A stretch of DNA of 64,000 nucleotides from the human T2T-CHM13v2.0 reference genome, Homo sapiens. How positions within the stretch are numbered: position 1 is the first letter of the stretch; each line of letters starts with the position of its first letter. The stretch lies in the NCBI RefSeq assembly GCF_009914755.1, contig NC_060934.1. One strand, given 5' to 3'. The notes beneath the pieces were generated by a model. That model was not told the origin of the DNA, did no database searches, and saw only the letters and a list, made by a program, of their open reading frames with translations. Below are positions 24,475 to 39,952 of this stretch, piece after piece. Position numbers and translations under genes: made by a program.

Positions 24475-25775
24475 CATGCTTGTATTTATAGGTAAAATGT
24501 GTTTCTGGTAGGCAACAGATCATTAGGTCTTGCTTATTTATTTATTCACCCACTATGTCTTTTGATTAAAGGGTTGAGTACATTTACATTCAATGTTATT
24601 ATTGATTGGTAAGGACTACTCCTGGCATTTTGTTATGTGTTTTATGGTTGTTTTGTGGTCTTCTATTCCTTCTTTCCTTCCTTCCTGTCTTCTTTTTTGT
24701 GAAGACAATTTTCTCAGCTGGTATGTTTTAATTTCTTGCTTTTTATTTTGTGTGTACCTGTTGTATGTTTTTTGATGTTAGGTTACCATGAGGCTTGTAA
24801 ATAATATCTTATAACTTATACTATCTTATTACTTATACTATCTTTAAACTGATTACTTATAATTTATACTATCTTTAAACTGATGAGAACTTAACACTGA
24901 TTGCATAAACAAACAAACAAAGAGAAAACTAATAAAAACCCCACACATTAACTTCATCCCCCCATTTTTAAACTTTTTTGTTGTTTCTTTTTATATCTTA
25001 TTATGTTGTGTATTTCTTGAAATGTTTCTGTAGTTATTTTTTATAGGTTCATCTTTTAGTATTCTACTCAAGATATGAGTCGCTTACACACTTCAATTAC
25101 AGTTTACAATATTCTGTGTTTTGCGTACTTACTATTACCAGTGAGTTTTATACCTTCAGATGAGTTCTTAATGCCCATTAAGGTCTTTTTCTTTCAGATT
25201 GAAGAACTCTCTTTAGCTAGCACTTCTTGTAGGACAGGTCTGGTGTTGATGAAGATTCTTTGTAATTATGTCAGTCTCTTTGTTACATTTATCTGACAGG
25301 ATTCTGAATTCCTTCTCTGTGTTATCTTGGAGTTCATTGGGCTTCTTCAAAATAGCTATTTTAAATTCTCTGTCTGAAATGTCACAGATGTCTGTCTCTC
25401 CAGGATTGCTCTTGAGGTCTTATTTATGCATTTGGTGAAATTATGTTTTCCTGGGTGGTCTTGATGCTTGTGGATGTTTGTTGGTGTCTGGGCATTGGGG
25501 ACTTAGGTATTTATTGTAGTCTTCACAGTCTGGGCTTTTTTGTACCCATCCTTCTTGGGAAGGCTTTCCAAGTATTTAAAGGGACTTGGGTGTTGTGATC
25601 TAAATCTTTGGTCACTGCAGCTGTATCTGTTTTGGCCACTGCAGCTGTATCTGTAACACTGTGGCTCTTGCAGACTCATAAATGTACTGCCTTGGTGGTC
25701 TGGGATAAAATTCAGGATAATTGCCTGGTTTACCAACAATTATTCTTCTCTTCTCTTACTTTCCCATTGATAAAG

Positions 25776-25777
<2 letters not shown>

Positions 25778-25808
<31 letters not shown>
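25778..25808. repeat. (TC)n microsatellite
   Basis: Directly visible. Confidence 0.95.
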
Positions 25809-25814
<6 letters not shown>

Positions 25815-28188
25815 AGCTGCCTGGACCTGTGGGAGTGGGTGACACAGTACCCCTGTGGCCTCCATCCCTGGGACTCCACCCAAAGCCAGCACAGCACTGG
25901 GATGCATCAAAGACCTGCAGTGACAAATGCCTGGCTATTGCCTATGTTCACTTTAGGCCCATGGGCTCTACAATCAGCAGGTGGAAGACCAGCCAGGCTT
26001 GTGTCTTTCCCTTCAGGACAGTGAGTTCCTCCCAGCCCTGCGTGGATCTGGAGATACTTTCAAGAGCCAAGGCCTGGAGACAGGAACTTTAGGAATCTAC
26101 CTGGCACTCTATTCTACTCTGGCTGAGCTGGCACCTAAGCTGCAAGACAATGCCCTCCCCACTCTTCCCTGCCATTTCCTCAAACAGGACTCCCCATGGC
26201 CACCACCACTCAGGCCCATGGCAAGTATTGCCTGGCACCGCCAATGTTCACTCAAGGCCCAAGGACTCTTCAGTCATTATTTGGTGAATGCTGCCAGGCC
26301 TGGGACTCTCTTTAGGGAAGTGGGCTCCCCTCTCACCCAGGGCAGTTGCAGAAATGCCATCCAAGAACCAAAGCCAAAAGTTGGGGACCTCAGGAGTCCA
26401 CTTGGTGCTCTACCCCACTGTGGCTAAGCTGGTACCCAAGCTGCAAGGCAAAGTCCCCTTTACCCTTCCCTCTCCTTTCCTCAAGCAGAAGGAGCCTCTC
26501 CCTGTAGCCACCACAACTGGATTGTGCTGGGTCACACCCTAAAGCCAGCACAGCTCTGAGTCTTACCCAAAGCCTGTAGCAAGTACTACCTGGCTACCAT
26601 TGCTGATTATGGAATGCCCAAGGGCTCTTTAGTCAGCAGGTAATGAATTCTGCCAGGATTGCCTCATTCCTTTCAAGTCACTGGCTTCCCTTCTGGCACA
26701 AAGTACATCTGTAAACGTTGTCTTAGGAGCTAGGGCCTGGACTCTGCCTGGTGCCGTATCCTACTGTAGCTTAGTTGGTATCCAAGTTATAAGACAAAGT
26801 CCTCTTTTCTCTTGTTTCTCTTCTCAAGCAGAGGGAAGGAATCTCTCCCATAGCTATGAGCTACACTTTTGGGGGCTGGGGAAGGGAAACACAAGCATTC
26901 CCTTGGCCACCTCAGCTGGTATCTCACTAGGTCGTGTGTTCCAAAAGTCCTCTGTCTCTGAGCCAGCACAACACCAGAACTTGCCCAGGAATTGCAGTCC
27001 TTGTGGACTAGGCTGGTCTTTAAGTTTATTATGACCCCGGGGAATTTTAGCTCACAGTAGCAGGGCTTGACAGAACTCAGGTTCCAATAGCTGGGATGGA
27101 TGATTTGCCTCTGGCTAGGGCTGGTCTAAATTCTTCCTCTGTATATGCTGGCTAAGTTCTGCCTGGTATTGCTTTCTGCTGTGACAGGTCCACACTGGGC
27201 TCCAATGCAAAGTCCTACAATCATATACTCTCCCTTCCCCAAGTTCGCAGATTGAACTTGGCTCTGTGCCATGCAGCCACTGTAGGGGAATCAGGGAGGG
27301 GTGGTATAGGCAATTCAAGACTACCTTTATGCTCCTCTTCAGTGCCTCTTTCCTTAATTTGATGTCAAAACCAGGTACTATGATTGCTAACCTGATTTTT
27401 GGTTCTTATAAAGGTGTTCTTATTTGTAGATAGTTGTTAAATTTGGTGCTCCTGTGAAGGAAATAATTGCTGGAGACTTTTATTTGACCATCTTGTTTTG
27501 CCTTTTCTGCATAACTTTTTAAAAACAAACAAATTTTATTTTTTTTCAACTTTTATTTTAGATGCAGGGGGTCTTTGTGTGGTTTGTTAGATGGGTAAAT
27601 TGTGTATCACCGTACTTTGGAGTACAAATGATTTCATCACCCGGGTAGTGAGCATAGTACCCAAAGGGTAGTTTTTTGAACCTCATCCTCCACCTACCCT
27701 CTCCCTGTAAGCAGGCCTCAGTGTTTATTGTTCTCACCTTTGTGCCCATGTGTACTCAATGTTTAGCTTCCACTTATAAGTGAGAACATGTGGTATCTGG
27801 TTTTCTGTTCCTGTGTTAATTCATTTAGGATAATGGCCTCCAGCTGCATGCACGTTTCGGGTAAGAACATGATTTTGCTTTTCCTGCGGTTGCATAGTAT
27901 TATATGGCTGTATATGTGCCACATTTTCTTTTTCCAGCCTACCATTAATAGGTATATAGATTGAGTCCGTATATTTGCTATTGTGAATAGTGCTGCAATG
28001 AAGATATGAGTGTATGTATCTTTTTGGTAGAATAGATATATACTTTGAGTATATACTCAGTAATGGGATTGCTGGGTCAAATGGTAGTTTTGTTTTTGTT
28101 CTTAGAGAAATTTCCAATCTGCTTTCAACAGTGGCTGAATTAATTTACAGTCCCACCAGCAATTTATAAGTGTTCACAACCTCACTAA

Positions 28189-28500
<312 letters not shown>

Positions 28501-28749
28501 TGACTTTTTAACAATATCCATTCTGACTGGTGTGAGATGGTATCTCATTGTGGTTTTGATTTGCATTTCTCTGATGATTAGTGATCGTGAGCATTTTTTC
28601 ATGTTTGTTGGCCTCTTGTAAGTCTTCTTTTGAGACGTGTCTGTTCATTTTCTTTGCCCATTTGTAATGGGGTTATTTGTTGTTGTATATTTTTTTTTTT
28701 TTTTGCTTGTAAATTTAAGTTCCTTATAGATTCTGGATATTAGACCTTT

Positions 28750-28831
28750 GTTGGATACATAGTTTGCAAGTATTTTCTCCTATTCTGTAGGTTGGATACA
28801 TAGTTTGCAAGTATTTTCTCCTATTCTGCAG
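28750..28831. repeat. 41-bp tandem duplication within L1
   Basis: gttggatacatagtttgcaagtattttctcctattctg(t/c)ag twice, 1 mismatch, GTTG microhomology at the junctions. Confidence 0.95.
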
Positions 28832-30819
28832 GTTGCCTATTTACTCTGTTGATAGTTTCTTTTGTTGTGCAGAAGCTCTTTAGTTTAATTAGGCCCTGCT
28901 TATGAATTTTTGGTTTTGCCGCAGTTGTTTTTGGAGTCTTTTTCATGAAATCTTTGCCAAGGCCTATGTACAGAATAGTACTTCCTAAGTATTCCTCTAG
29001 CATTTTTATAGTGTTGGGTTTTACATTTAATTTTTTAATCCATCTTGGCATAATTTTTGTATATGGTGAAAGGAAGGGATCCAGTTTCAATCTTCTGCAT
29101 ACAGCTCGCCAATTATCTCAGCATCATTTATTGAATAGGGAGTTCTTTCCCCATTGTTCGTTTTTGTCAACTTTGTCAAAGATCAGATGATTGTAGGTGT
29201 ATCACTTTATTTCTGGATTTTCTTTTCTTTTCCCTTGGTCTATGTGTCTGTTTTTGTGCTGGTACCATGCTGTTTTGGTTACTGTAGTCTTGTATAGTTT
29301 GAAGTTGGGTAGTATGATGCCTCCGGCTTTGTTCTTTTTGCTCAGGATTGCTTTGGCTATTTGGGCTGTTTTGTGTTCCATATAAATTTTAGAGCCTTTT
29401 TTTCTAATTCTGTGAAAAATGATGCAGATTGTTTGATAGAAATAGCATCGTGATCACTTATTTACTTCAGTAGTATTTTGTAATTCTTGTTGTTGAGGTC
29501 TTTCATCTCCTTGGTTAGCTGTATTCCTGGATATTTTGTTCTTTTTAAGGCTATAGTAAGTGGAATTTTGTTCTTAATTTAGCTCTTAACTTGAATGTTA
29601 TTGGTGTCTAGAAATGCTACTGATTTTTGTACATTGATTTTATATCCTGAAAGTTTACTGAAGTTGTCTGTCAGTTCTAGGACCCTTTGGGCAGAGACTG
29701 TGGGATTTTCTAAGTATAAATCATATCATCTGTGAAGAGAGATAGTTTGACTTCCTCTCTTCCTATTTGCATGTCTTTTCTTTCTTTCTCTTGCCTGATT
29801 GTTTTGGCTAGGACTTCTAGTACTATTCTGAATAGGAGTGATGAGATTGGAAATCCTTTTCTTGTTCTGGTTTTCAAGGGGAATGTGACCAGCTTTTGTC
29901 CATTCAGTATGAACATGATATTGGCTGTGAGTTTGTCATAGATGGCTCTTATTATTTTGAGGTATGTTCCTTTGATGCTTAGTTTGTTGTTGGTTTTTAA
30001 CACAGAGGAATGTTGAATTTTATTGCAAGCCCTTTCGGTGTCTATTGAGATGATCGTGTGGTTTTGGTTTTTAGGTCTGTTTATGTAACGAATCACATTT
30101 ATTGATTTACGCATTTTGAACTAACACTGCTTTTCAGAAATAAAGCATACTTATCGTGGTGAATTAGCTTTTTGATGTGCGGCTGGATTTGGTATTTTTT
30201 TTTAGGATTTTTGTGTCTATATTCATCAGAGATATTGGCCTGAAGTTTTATTATTATTTTGTTGTTGTTTTGTCTCTGTCAGGTTTTGCTATCAGAATGA
30301 TGCTGGCCTCACTGAATCAGTTAGGGAGGAGTCCCTCCTCCTAGATTTTTTGAAATAACATCAGTCAGATTGATACTAGCCCTTCTTTGTACGTCTGGTA
30401 GAATTCAGCTGTGATTCGATTTGTTTCAGGGTTTTTTTGGTTGGTAGGTTTTTTATTAACAATTCAATTTCAGGACTCATTATTGTTCTGTTAAGGATTT
30501 CAATTTCTTCCTGATTCAACATTGTATGTAGTTTTTGGGATACCATTAGCTTCATAATTCTTTAATAACTACAGAAGCCAAGAATCATTGCATATGTAAA
30601 GTAACTCTTTTATTCATACTATGTAGATTCCTACCTACTTCATTTGGAGAAAATATGTGAGAATGGGCAGGAGATTTTAGTTCAGTTTTCTGAGACATTA
30701 AATTTTAACATAGGAAGTATGTTATAATGTAGCCTATAAGAGGACAAAAGCATAGAAGTTTAACCCTCATAAACAACTTTTAGTTATCTACTAGATCAGT
30801 GTGACCTATAGAAAAATCT

Positions 30820-31000
30820 CAGGTGTTAGAACCAAGCAAACTGGGTTTGAATTCTAGCCTCAACACTTACTAGCCATGTGGCCTTTGTCAACACATATTA
30901 TGCCTCTGAACCTTAATGTCCTTATGTGTAAAACGTGTATAGGGTTGATGTGAAGATCAGGTGATATGTATCAAACACTTAGTGTGATGCCTCCGCCAGT
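30820..31000 (+). mobile_element. MIR SINE
   Basis: ctgggtttgaattctagcctcaacacttactagccatgtggcc...gggttgatgtgaagat. Confidence 0.7.
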
Positions 31001-32254
31001 GAAAAAGAAGGATGAATTATGTATGGGACATGGATCTTATGACCCCTTCAGTTTCCTCCAACTCCACCTATCTTCACAGCTACTACCCCACCTGTCACTA
31101 CCCTAATTTCTCCTTAATCCTCATTGTTCTGCTGCCTGAGAACACTCAGTAACTTTCCCTGAGTGTGTTGGATCTTTTGCCTTGGCTGAACACATGCACA
31201 CCTGGAGTTTCTGGTTCTTACCATCAGTTCTGGTTTTAAATAAACACTACACAGCAAAGTTTGGGACCTAGCATCTCAAGATGTCACTGAAGAGACTGGA
31301 TGACACAACCCAGAAGTGCAGGGACATTATCTCCTTGTGGGACAAAAATTTGACCATTGCGAAACAGCAGTTGGGAAGAATCTTGGCAGACAAATACTCT
31401 CTACATCCTGTTTTCTTACAGGATAGTTTCTCCTTGCCACCCAAAAGGATACTATCCAATTAGACATGCCTTCTGAGCAATACTTGCATATTTTCATCAC
31501 TTGCTTGGAGCAGTAGGCAGCATCATTTCAGAGCACATCGTTCCTGGTCAGGAATACTTAGACATGCATTTCAGAAGAGTTCAGGTCTACATAGTATTGC
31601 CATCACTTCCCATCTTGGGCTAAGATGTTTTTATGCAGATTCTGGGCAGGAAATTGCTAAGGCCTGTGACACAAACTGATAAACTAATAGAAAACTCATT
31701 TCTTCATCATAGTGTTCCTGGAAACCTCTTTTGCAGAAGATTAATCTATCTGGAAAGCTGGAAATAGTAACATAGGGAAGAAACACCCCAGCTGTGTGTT
31801 TCATCTTAATGAGGAATTATTTAACCTAGAAAACTCAAGCATCCTCACCATCTTTTTCTCTCTCACCTTCCACATCCTATTTATTACCTATGCTAGTCAA
31901 TGTAACTTATTAATACTTTCCCTGTTCTTTGTCTCATTATGGTTCAGACTCATCACTTTCCTGGACAAAATCCTCAGACCTTCTGATCTGCTAGCCTCCA
32001 ATCTCACCCTACTTGAACCCTTTCTCCAAACTACTGTCAGGTCAGTCTTCCTAAAATATAAGGCAGATTCCTTTACCCCTCTACTCACAAATCCTCAATA
32101 ATCCCTCACTGCCTTTTACAGAAAGCCTCCGGTTAAACTCATTCTATGACCATTCCTCAACCCCCGACCCCCTGCTATTACAGAATAATTCTGAAACAGT
32201 GTAATAAATATTGCAGAGGGAAATGCTAAGTGCTGTTCTCTGTTATGTATCATA

Positions 32255-32512
32255 ACAGTATGCACTCATGAATAGGATTAGTGCTCTTAATAAAAGAAAC
32301 TCCAGAGAGCTCTCTCACCCCCCTTGCACCATGTGAGGGTGCAAAGAGAAGATGGTCATCTATGTACCAGAAAGCTGGTCTTCACCAAACACTGAATCTG
32401 CTGGCCCCTTGATCTTGAACTTCCCAGCCTCTAGAACTGTAAGAGACAAATTTCTATTGTTTGAAAGCCATCTAACTTATGTTACTTTGTTATAGCAGCC
32501 CGAACAAAGACA
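32255..32512 (+). mobile_element. MLT1A-type LTR, 3' part
   Basis: ggattagtgctctt...ctgaatctgctggccccttgatcttgaacttcccagcctctagaactgtaaga...gttatagcagcccgaac. Confidence 0.8.
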
Positions 32513-32686
32513 ATAACTTCAATTCCACCTGAAAGTAGTGTCAATTCATCTTATCAGGTAATGTCATGTTAATAGTATTACTCTGGTTTTCTTTACACAA
32601 ATAGTTTTTCATCCCTGGGAAATTAATAATAAAAGGTAAACCAAACTTGTAGATTTACAATTTATGTGCTAGGTTTAAGAATAAGT

Positions 32687-33013
<327 letters not shown>

Positions 33014-34365
33014 CTATGTGATTAATTTTAGAGTTTTGGAATTAAGCTGAATGTTATAAAATAATTTGCCAAAATAAATAAACTGTATTGTGTGCTTAAG
33101 GTATTTGAGATTAACTATATTTGTAAGTTAATTTATTAAGTGTATGATTAAGTATTTAGGAAAAACTTGATAGGGCTCCAAATTTTAAAGTATTTAAAAA
33201 GAAAATTGAATGTAATTAGGAATGCATTTAAAATATTTAAATAATTTAATTTACTAAATTTGTAAATAGTCTAATTTTTAAAAATTGAGGTAATTGAACA
33301 CTTATCAAAGCCTCTTCCAGAAGTAATAGTTCTGATTTGTAAAACATTGACTCAATACATAAGTTTATAAGATTGACAAAAGACATAAAACCTTGAAAAA
33401 ACCTAGGTTTTAAAATTTCTACTGTAATAAATGAATATTAATTTAAAACCCAGGTAGCTTCAAATAGTTTATTTAAACTTGAAAGCTTTCCTCAGAAGAC
33501 AAAAACTGGAGATCAGAAACTCAATTTCCATTTTTAAAAGTATAGGAATTTCAAGTCAGAAACCATTACAATTAGAATTAACGTTCTTTTATTTATGGGG
33601 ACAAGAAAAGAATAGTCTGAGAGATTTTGCAAAGACTCAAAAAATACAATAGCCGTATACACTTTTTAGGAAAAAAAAAGGTTCAAACGTAAACTTTTAA
33701 TGGCAAAGAGATTTATTAAAATTAAAATATCAGGAATAAAAATGCGAATGTACATATTCCTTACAGGTCTTCATCTTTACCATCAATTTAAAACTAAAAA
33801 TTCCAGACCCTGCTAGTAAGATTCTAGAGTTTGGGGGCCAGTGCTTGGCTGTGTAGTGTCTTACTTAGTTTTCCTCTTCTGCTTTATTCTCAGTACTGAG
33901 AAATGTGTTTTCTGGAAACTCATTCTTCATTCGATTAGTTGGTTGGAATCTCTTGCCATTTTTTGAGTAAAAATCATAATCATCCTACCGGTAATATTCT
34001 ATTAAGTAGCTGTACATCAACAATGGCTTAGCTCTTTATACTTTTAGGTATTGGTCTGTATGAATTACAAAGAAGGGATGTATGATAACCATTTTAATTG
34101 CCAAGTAATTTGCAAAATTATTTTTTTAATAAAATGTTATACTAAGTGATTTGAATCATTGATCACATCTTACAAAAAAACACTTACAAAACACACAAAA
34201 ACTTCCATTCTAAGAGTTTATCCTTGTGCCTTGAATAAAGTAGGAAGTTAAGATTTACAGCCTCAGGAAAATTAAAATGACAATTACAATACAAAATTCT
34301 AAGAAATAGGAACTTATTAAAATTGTGTGCTTAAGAGAAAAGAAAAATATATATATTTCTCTTTT

Positions 34366-34687
<322 letters not shown>

Positions 34688-34974
34688 TAGGAAGAAATCA
34701 ATAAATAATTCAGAGACAAATATTCTCTTTCATCAACATATTTTCCATACTGTGTTCCTTTGAGGACCAAAGAATGTGTTAAGTAAGCTTAATATGTTAA
34801 AATGTTCATACTGAGTTATGTGCTGTATATGACTTTAGCTTTTTATGCATTTTGTATTATTAAATCTATCTCTCATAGCATGTATTACTTTTATAATTTG
34901 AATAAATTGACATTTAAAAATGAATATATACAACAGTCTGAATGTCATATAAGATAGCATACTTATATAAAAAT

Positions 34975-35612
34975 ATATGCCCTGCAGGAACTAACTAAAA
35001 GAGCTGCCAATGGCTAAAGCTGGAACAATTTGAGCAACAAAATAACATAGTATTGGATTATAACCTAAAGTAGAAAATAAACATCCACAAGTCCACACTG
35101 ATAGAAACAGATAATTGAATAAATTAATAAATAGGGGAAAAGAGACAAATTCTCCATGCAGAAAAATTCCAAATAATTGATGTAGACACTCCCCACTCCT
35201 TAGGCATGGGCTGTGCAGGGTGACTTCCCTTGCAAAGAGATGAGAGTCAGTGGGGGTGGGGGGAAGTAACTTTACAATGGAAGAACTGAACAAACACTAT
35301 CACATCCAGGTAATTGAGGCCAACATCAAAGCCATTAAGCGTGTTGATAGTATGAACCCTAGATATGATGTGGTGAGAATGGCACTTTACCTATGTGATC
35401 GTCCTTCCAAGACCCATAAACCCAGTATAATCAAGGGAAAACATTAGACAAATCCCAGTTGAGAGACATTCTACAATATACCTGACATGCAGTCCTCAAA
35501 ACTCTCAAAGTCATTAAAAACAAGGAAACTGTCATAGCCAAGAAGAGCCTTAGAAGACATAACAACAAAATATAATCCAGTATCCAGGTGGGATCCTGGA
35601 ACAGAATAAGAC
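34975..35612 (+). mobile_element. L1MC/L1MD 3' region fragment
   Basis: ccaatggctaaagctggaacaatttgagcaacaaaata...gggatcctggaacagaa. Confidence 0.8.
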
Positions 35613-36244
35613 AAATGCTCCCTATTCCTGAGACCAACTCTAAATCCTGTTAATATTTAAATATGTAAATTCATGTTGATGCTGGGTGCAGGATGTTACT
35701 GTGAGGAGTGTTCCTGCTGCCAAGAACTTGGGAGTACAATAACTTGGGAAGAGTTTGTGTCTATTTTGAAAAATTTAATTGTAATACAATACTATATATT
35801 TCATATGTTTACAGTATATAGAAGTATAATATAACATTATACAATATAGTGCATTAATAAAATATTTATGTTCCCATTACCCAGGTGTAATAAATATCAG
35901 CAGTTTGTCATATTTGTTTCAAATTTTAACAAAAGAAAAAATTAAAAATATTTTCCAGAAAAAAAACACTTATAAAACACACAAAAACTTCCATTCTAAG
36001 AAGTTTATCCTTGTGCCTTGAATCAAGTAGGAAGTTAAGATTTATAGCCTCAGGAAAATTAAAATGACAATTACAATACAAAATTCTAAGAAATAGGAAC
36101 TTATTAAAAATTGTATACTTAAGAGAAAAGAAAACTATCACATGCGTTTCCTCTTAGAGTATTAGGAAGTCATTTACTTGAAAAAAATACGGAAAGACTA
36201 AAACACAATGTTAGATCTACCTTTCCTGGAAAAACAACAGAGGT

Positions 36245-36248
<4 letters not shown>

Positions 36249-36284
<36 letters not shown>
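36249..36284. repeat. (AC)18 microsatellite
   Basis: Directly visible. Confidence 0.95.
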
Positions 36285-36285
<1 letters not shown>

Positions 36286-38086
36286 GGTACATCCGCACAC
36301 ACCCTCTCTCTTTCTCTCTTTAATTTGCTCCAGTGATTTTTTCTTCCTGGAACTTCCAAAATCATCAAGAGGTCACATTTACTTTGTTTCTAATTCCTTT
36401 GGCTCTTACTGTTTAGACAACCATCATCTTATCATTTATTATGACATTCCTTGATTTAGACAGCTAAATGGTTTATTACATAACTCTATAATGCTGTTAG
36501 GTCTCATCACTAATTATTTTATAATTTCATGTCTTATCTCTTCAACTGGGTTATAAATTAATAGGCGCTTGAATATTATTATGATTTTGGAGTCTCAGAG
36601 TTTACTGATTTAAGAAATTGTGCACATTGTATTTATTGAATCAACAAATACTGCTTAAGTGAACTGGTATTTTTGATCTACGTGTTCAATGGGTTCTTTT
36701 TAAACTTCCTGTATTAACTCAGAGCAAATGCTTTCTATTCCTGAGACCGTCTCTAAATCCTAAAAGTCCATCTCAAGCCCATACTTCTGTATGAAGACTT
36801 CTAAAGTCCTCCAAAACCACAGACATTGATATTTTTAATCTGTACAGTTCATTTGGAAGTTTATCATGTACTTTTGGGGGATAAATCTTATATTTTAGTT
36901 TACTTAGTGCATTATAACTTATATTTTCATATTTTGTAACCATATTGTGAGCAATTTGACAGCAGAAATACCACATTATAAAGTCAGAGGCCTGGCTTGG
37001 AACCATGGTTCAGTCACTGATTGGTTACAGAACCTCGATTTGATGCCTAGTAGGTGCTCCCTGAATGTTTGTGGGACACATGGATACATAATTTAGACCA
37101 TCTGAGTCTCAGTTTCTTCATTTATTAAGCAGGTGTAATTGTATATAACTTAGAGGAATGTTGTGGAGACTAAAAGACATACTGTGTTAAATACAATCAT
37201 CTATAATATAAAATATGTTTATTTCAGGACATACTACAGGTATTTACCTGCCTTTATGTTTTCCACAGACTTAGTGTGTTTTCTTTGTTAGGATTCCCAA
37301 GACACCTTTCTTTTTGCCTTTGAAAGAAAATAAACTGAATTCATCTTTTATTCCTTCCCTCATTGTACCCCATTTATTGCCTTCATGACATTTACCCTGA
37401 TGCATATTTTTTGGTGCTCTTAGGACTTTATTGTTAGTGTGCTTCTCTAAACATCCAACCACACTGTGTGTTGTTCACCTTTATGACCCATGTGCCTCTT
37501 GGCCAGAGCCTGCCAACCCACTTGGACCTTCTTCGGAGGCTTATCACATACAGGCTGATTAAATATAGACTGTACTCGGGGGTCACTTGTGTGAGTCACC
37601 CTCAGGATAAGAGGAAACAACCTCTGCTGCCAGCCCAACCCTATGGTGAGACACCGAGAATGAATTATCCTTCCCTAGGAGGCCGTGTTGGAGGGTCCCT
37701 GGCGGGAGCTTGTGGAAAATTCCCCACCAAGGCCTAGAAGTGCATTTGCTCACCAGAGAGGTCTATTAACTCAGTCAGACAAACAGACTCATTCCCTAAG
37801 GACCATCTTTAGCAGGAGTGTTCTAATATTTGAGTGTATAAAAATATTTGAGTACATAAAAACCACCAAAGGAATTTGTTTAAAAATTCAGAGGAGTATC
37901 ACCCAGGAATCTGCATTTAACAATCACAACTCTTTCCCCTGCCCATTATGTTGATGCAGGTGGTCCCAGTTCAGGAAGGGTTGTCAGGCTACCAATAATT
38001 CTTTTCTCCACATTGGTCAGCACCTTCCTTGGCAGGGCCATGTCAGTCCCAAAGCCACATATAATACTAATGGTGCTGGTAGGATG

Positions 38087-38395
<309 letters not shown>

Positions 38396-39059
38396 TGATA
38401 TCTTTACTGCTTGACTGGTTGCTTTGGCAACATTAATTCTAGCAGAACCAGAAGCAATCAACTGACTTAGCCTTTCGGATTTTCAACAGTTTAAAAGATA
38501 GACTCATGACTACCTAAAAATTGTTTCCAGTTCTACATGACTTCCGGTATATGTTCAGAAAAAAAGATCAAGTCATACGTGGAGTGGCTGGCAGATCTGA
38601 AGGGCCTGGGGACCATGGGAAGAACGTTGTCTTCAGGTAGCTAAACCAATGTTCTCACAATGTTGTGAGAAGTTGGGGTGGGTGGTGGGGTCTTCATCTG
38701 TGCAGCGCCAGGAACGCAATGAGCCCAGCAGAATGCATCCTGATCTACACCCAAGTCTCACTGTGTTCAGCTCAATAATTTGTCTCACAAACACTGCTGT
38801 GACTACTATGGTATCAGTTTATAGCCAAAACAAATTTAAATAATGATCAAAATTTGGTCAACTCTTTGAAGTTGAGAATACTATTTTACTTTCTAAGGAA
38901 TTTCAAATTGTCCTTATCCTTTCCTCATTCTATCTCCAGGTCTTTGCTGACTGAGTTTCCACTTTCTGAGATGTCTTTCTTTCTGCTTCTGTACCTGGTG
39001 AATTCCTACTTATTTTTAAAATTAAACAATTCCTCTGGGAAACCCTCCTTAATTTCCAG

Positions 39060-39497
39060 GCAGAGCTAATTCTCCATGGATCTTGTGTTTCTGCCTGCCT
39101 AGTGAGTGAGGCACCAGCTGTCCTTTTGTTCCTTTCTTTTTAAGAATGTTTACGTGGCAAATAGCTTTGGAAGATAGATGTAATGTCTCTCTCTGAAGGA
39201 AATGGCAGATTTGCTCACCGTGTGGTATGAAAGACACAGGCTCCCTAAGCTCAGGGGCCCTCAGCTGTGAAATAAATCTACTGCTTGTCCAGCATCTATC
39301 TAAAGCGCTCTTGTGGGAATGGTTGGGAAAAAGGAACTGAAGCAAAGAGGACACTTACGTTTGTGTCATGAGTAATAGAGTTCTTCGTCTTTGATGCTAT
39401 AGTCTTGTGTCTTTTGCCAGCTTCTATGAAATTGTGTTAGATTAATTTGTTACCCTGCTAAGAAAATAAAATTCCAGATCCTTCACAGCTCTTGATA
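39060..39497 (+). mobile_element. MER54/MER73-like ERVL LTR within L2 sequence
   Basis: gagtaatagagttcttcgtct...gtcttttgccagcttctatgaaattgtg...cagatccttcacagctcttgata. Confidence 0.55.
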
Positions 39498-39665
39498 AGT
39501 GCTCCCCCTTTTGACTGCTTTTATGATAGTATTGTTCATCTTTTTTGTGGAAATACTCAGCTTATATTGTGAGATCCTCAAGGGAAGTGGCTGTTTTATT
39601 CATCTTTGTACTTCCAGCATCTAGTACATGATAAGGTCTGTCATTATACAATAGAAGGTCTTCTG

Positions 39666-39952
<287 letters not shown>

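Larger units (their letters stand above)
20471..27508 (-). mobile_element. Near full-length L1MA (L1MA1-3 type); ORF2 decayed, most of ORF1 deleted
   Basis: L1MA-type 3' UTR at the left. RT peptide 22576-22905 ([15 protein letters not shown]...[10 protein letters not shown]); endonuclease peptides 23844-24353 (GDFNTPL, MDLIDIYRTFHP). L1M1-type 5' UTR ends ccatcttg near 27495. Confidence 0.9.

Noticed and set aside
25503-27318. Several overlapping ORFs up to 148 aa
   Set aside because: They fall in the L1MA 5' UTR region; no independent coding evidence.
31200-31670. Possible pseudogene exon or p53 element (agacatgcct at about 31462)
   Set aside because: No protein similarity recognised, more like a degenerate ERVL LTR; only one good half-site with no adjacent partner.
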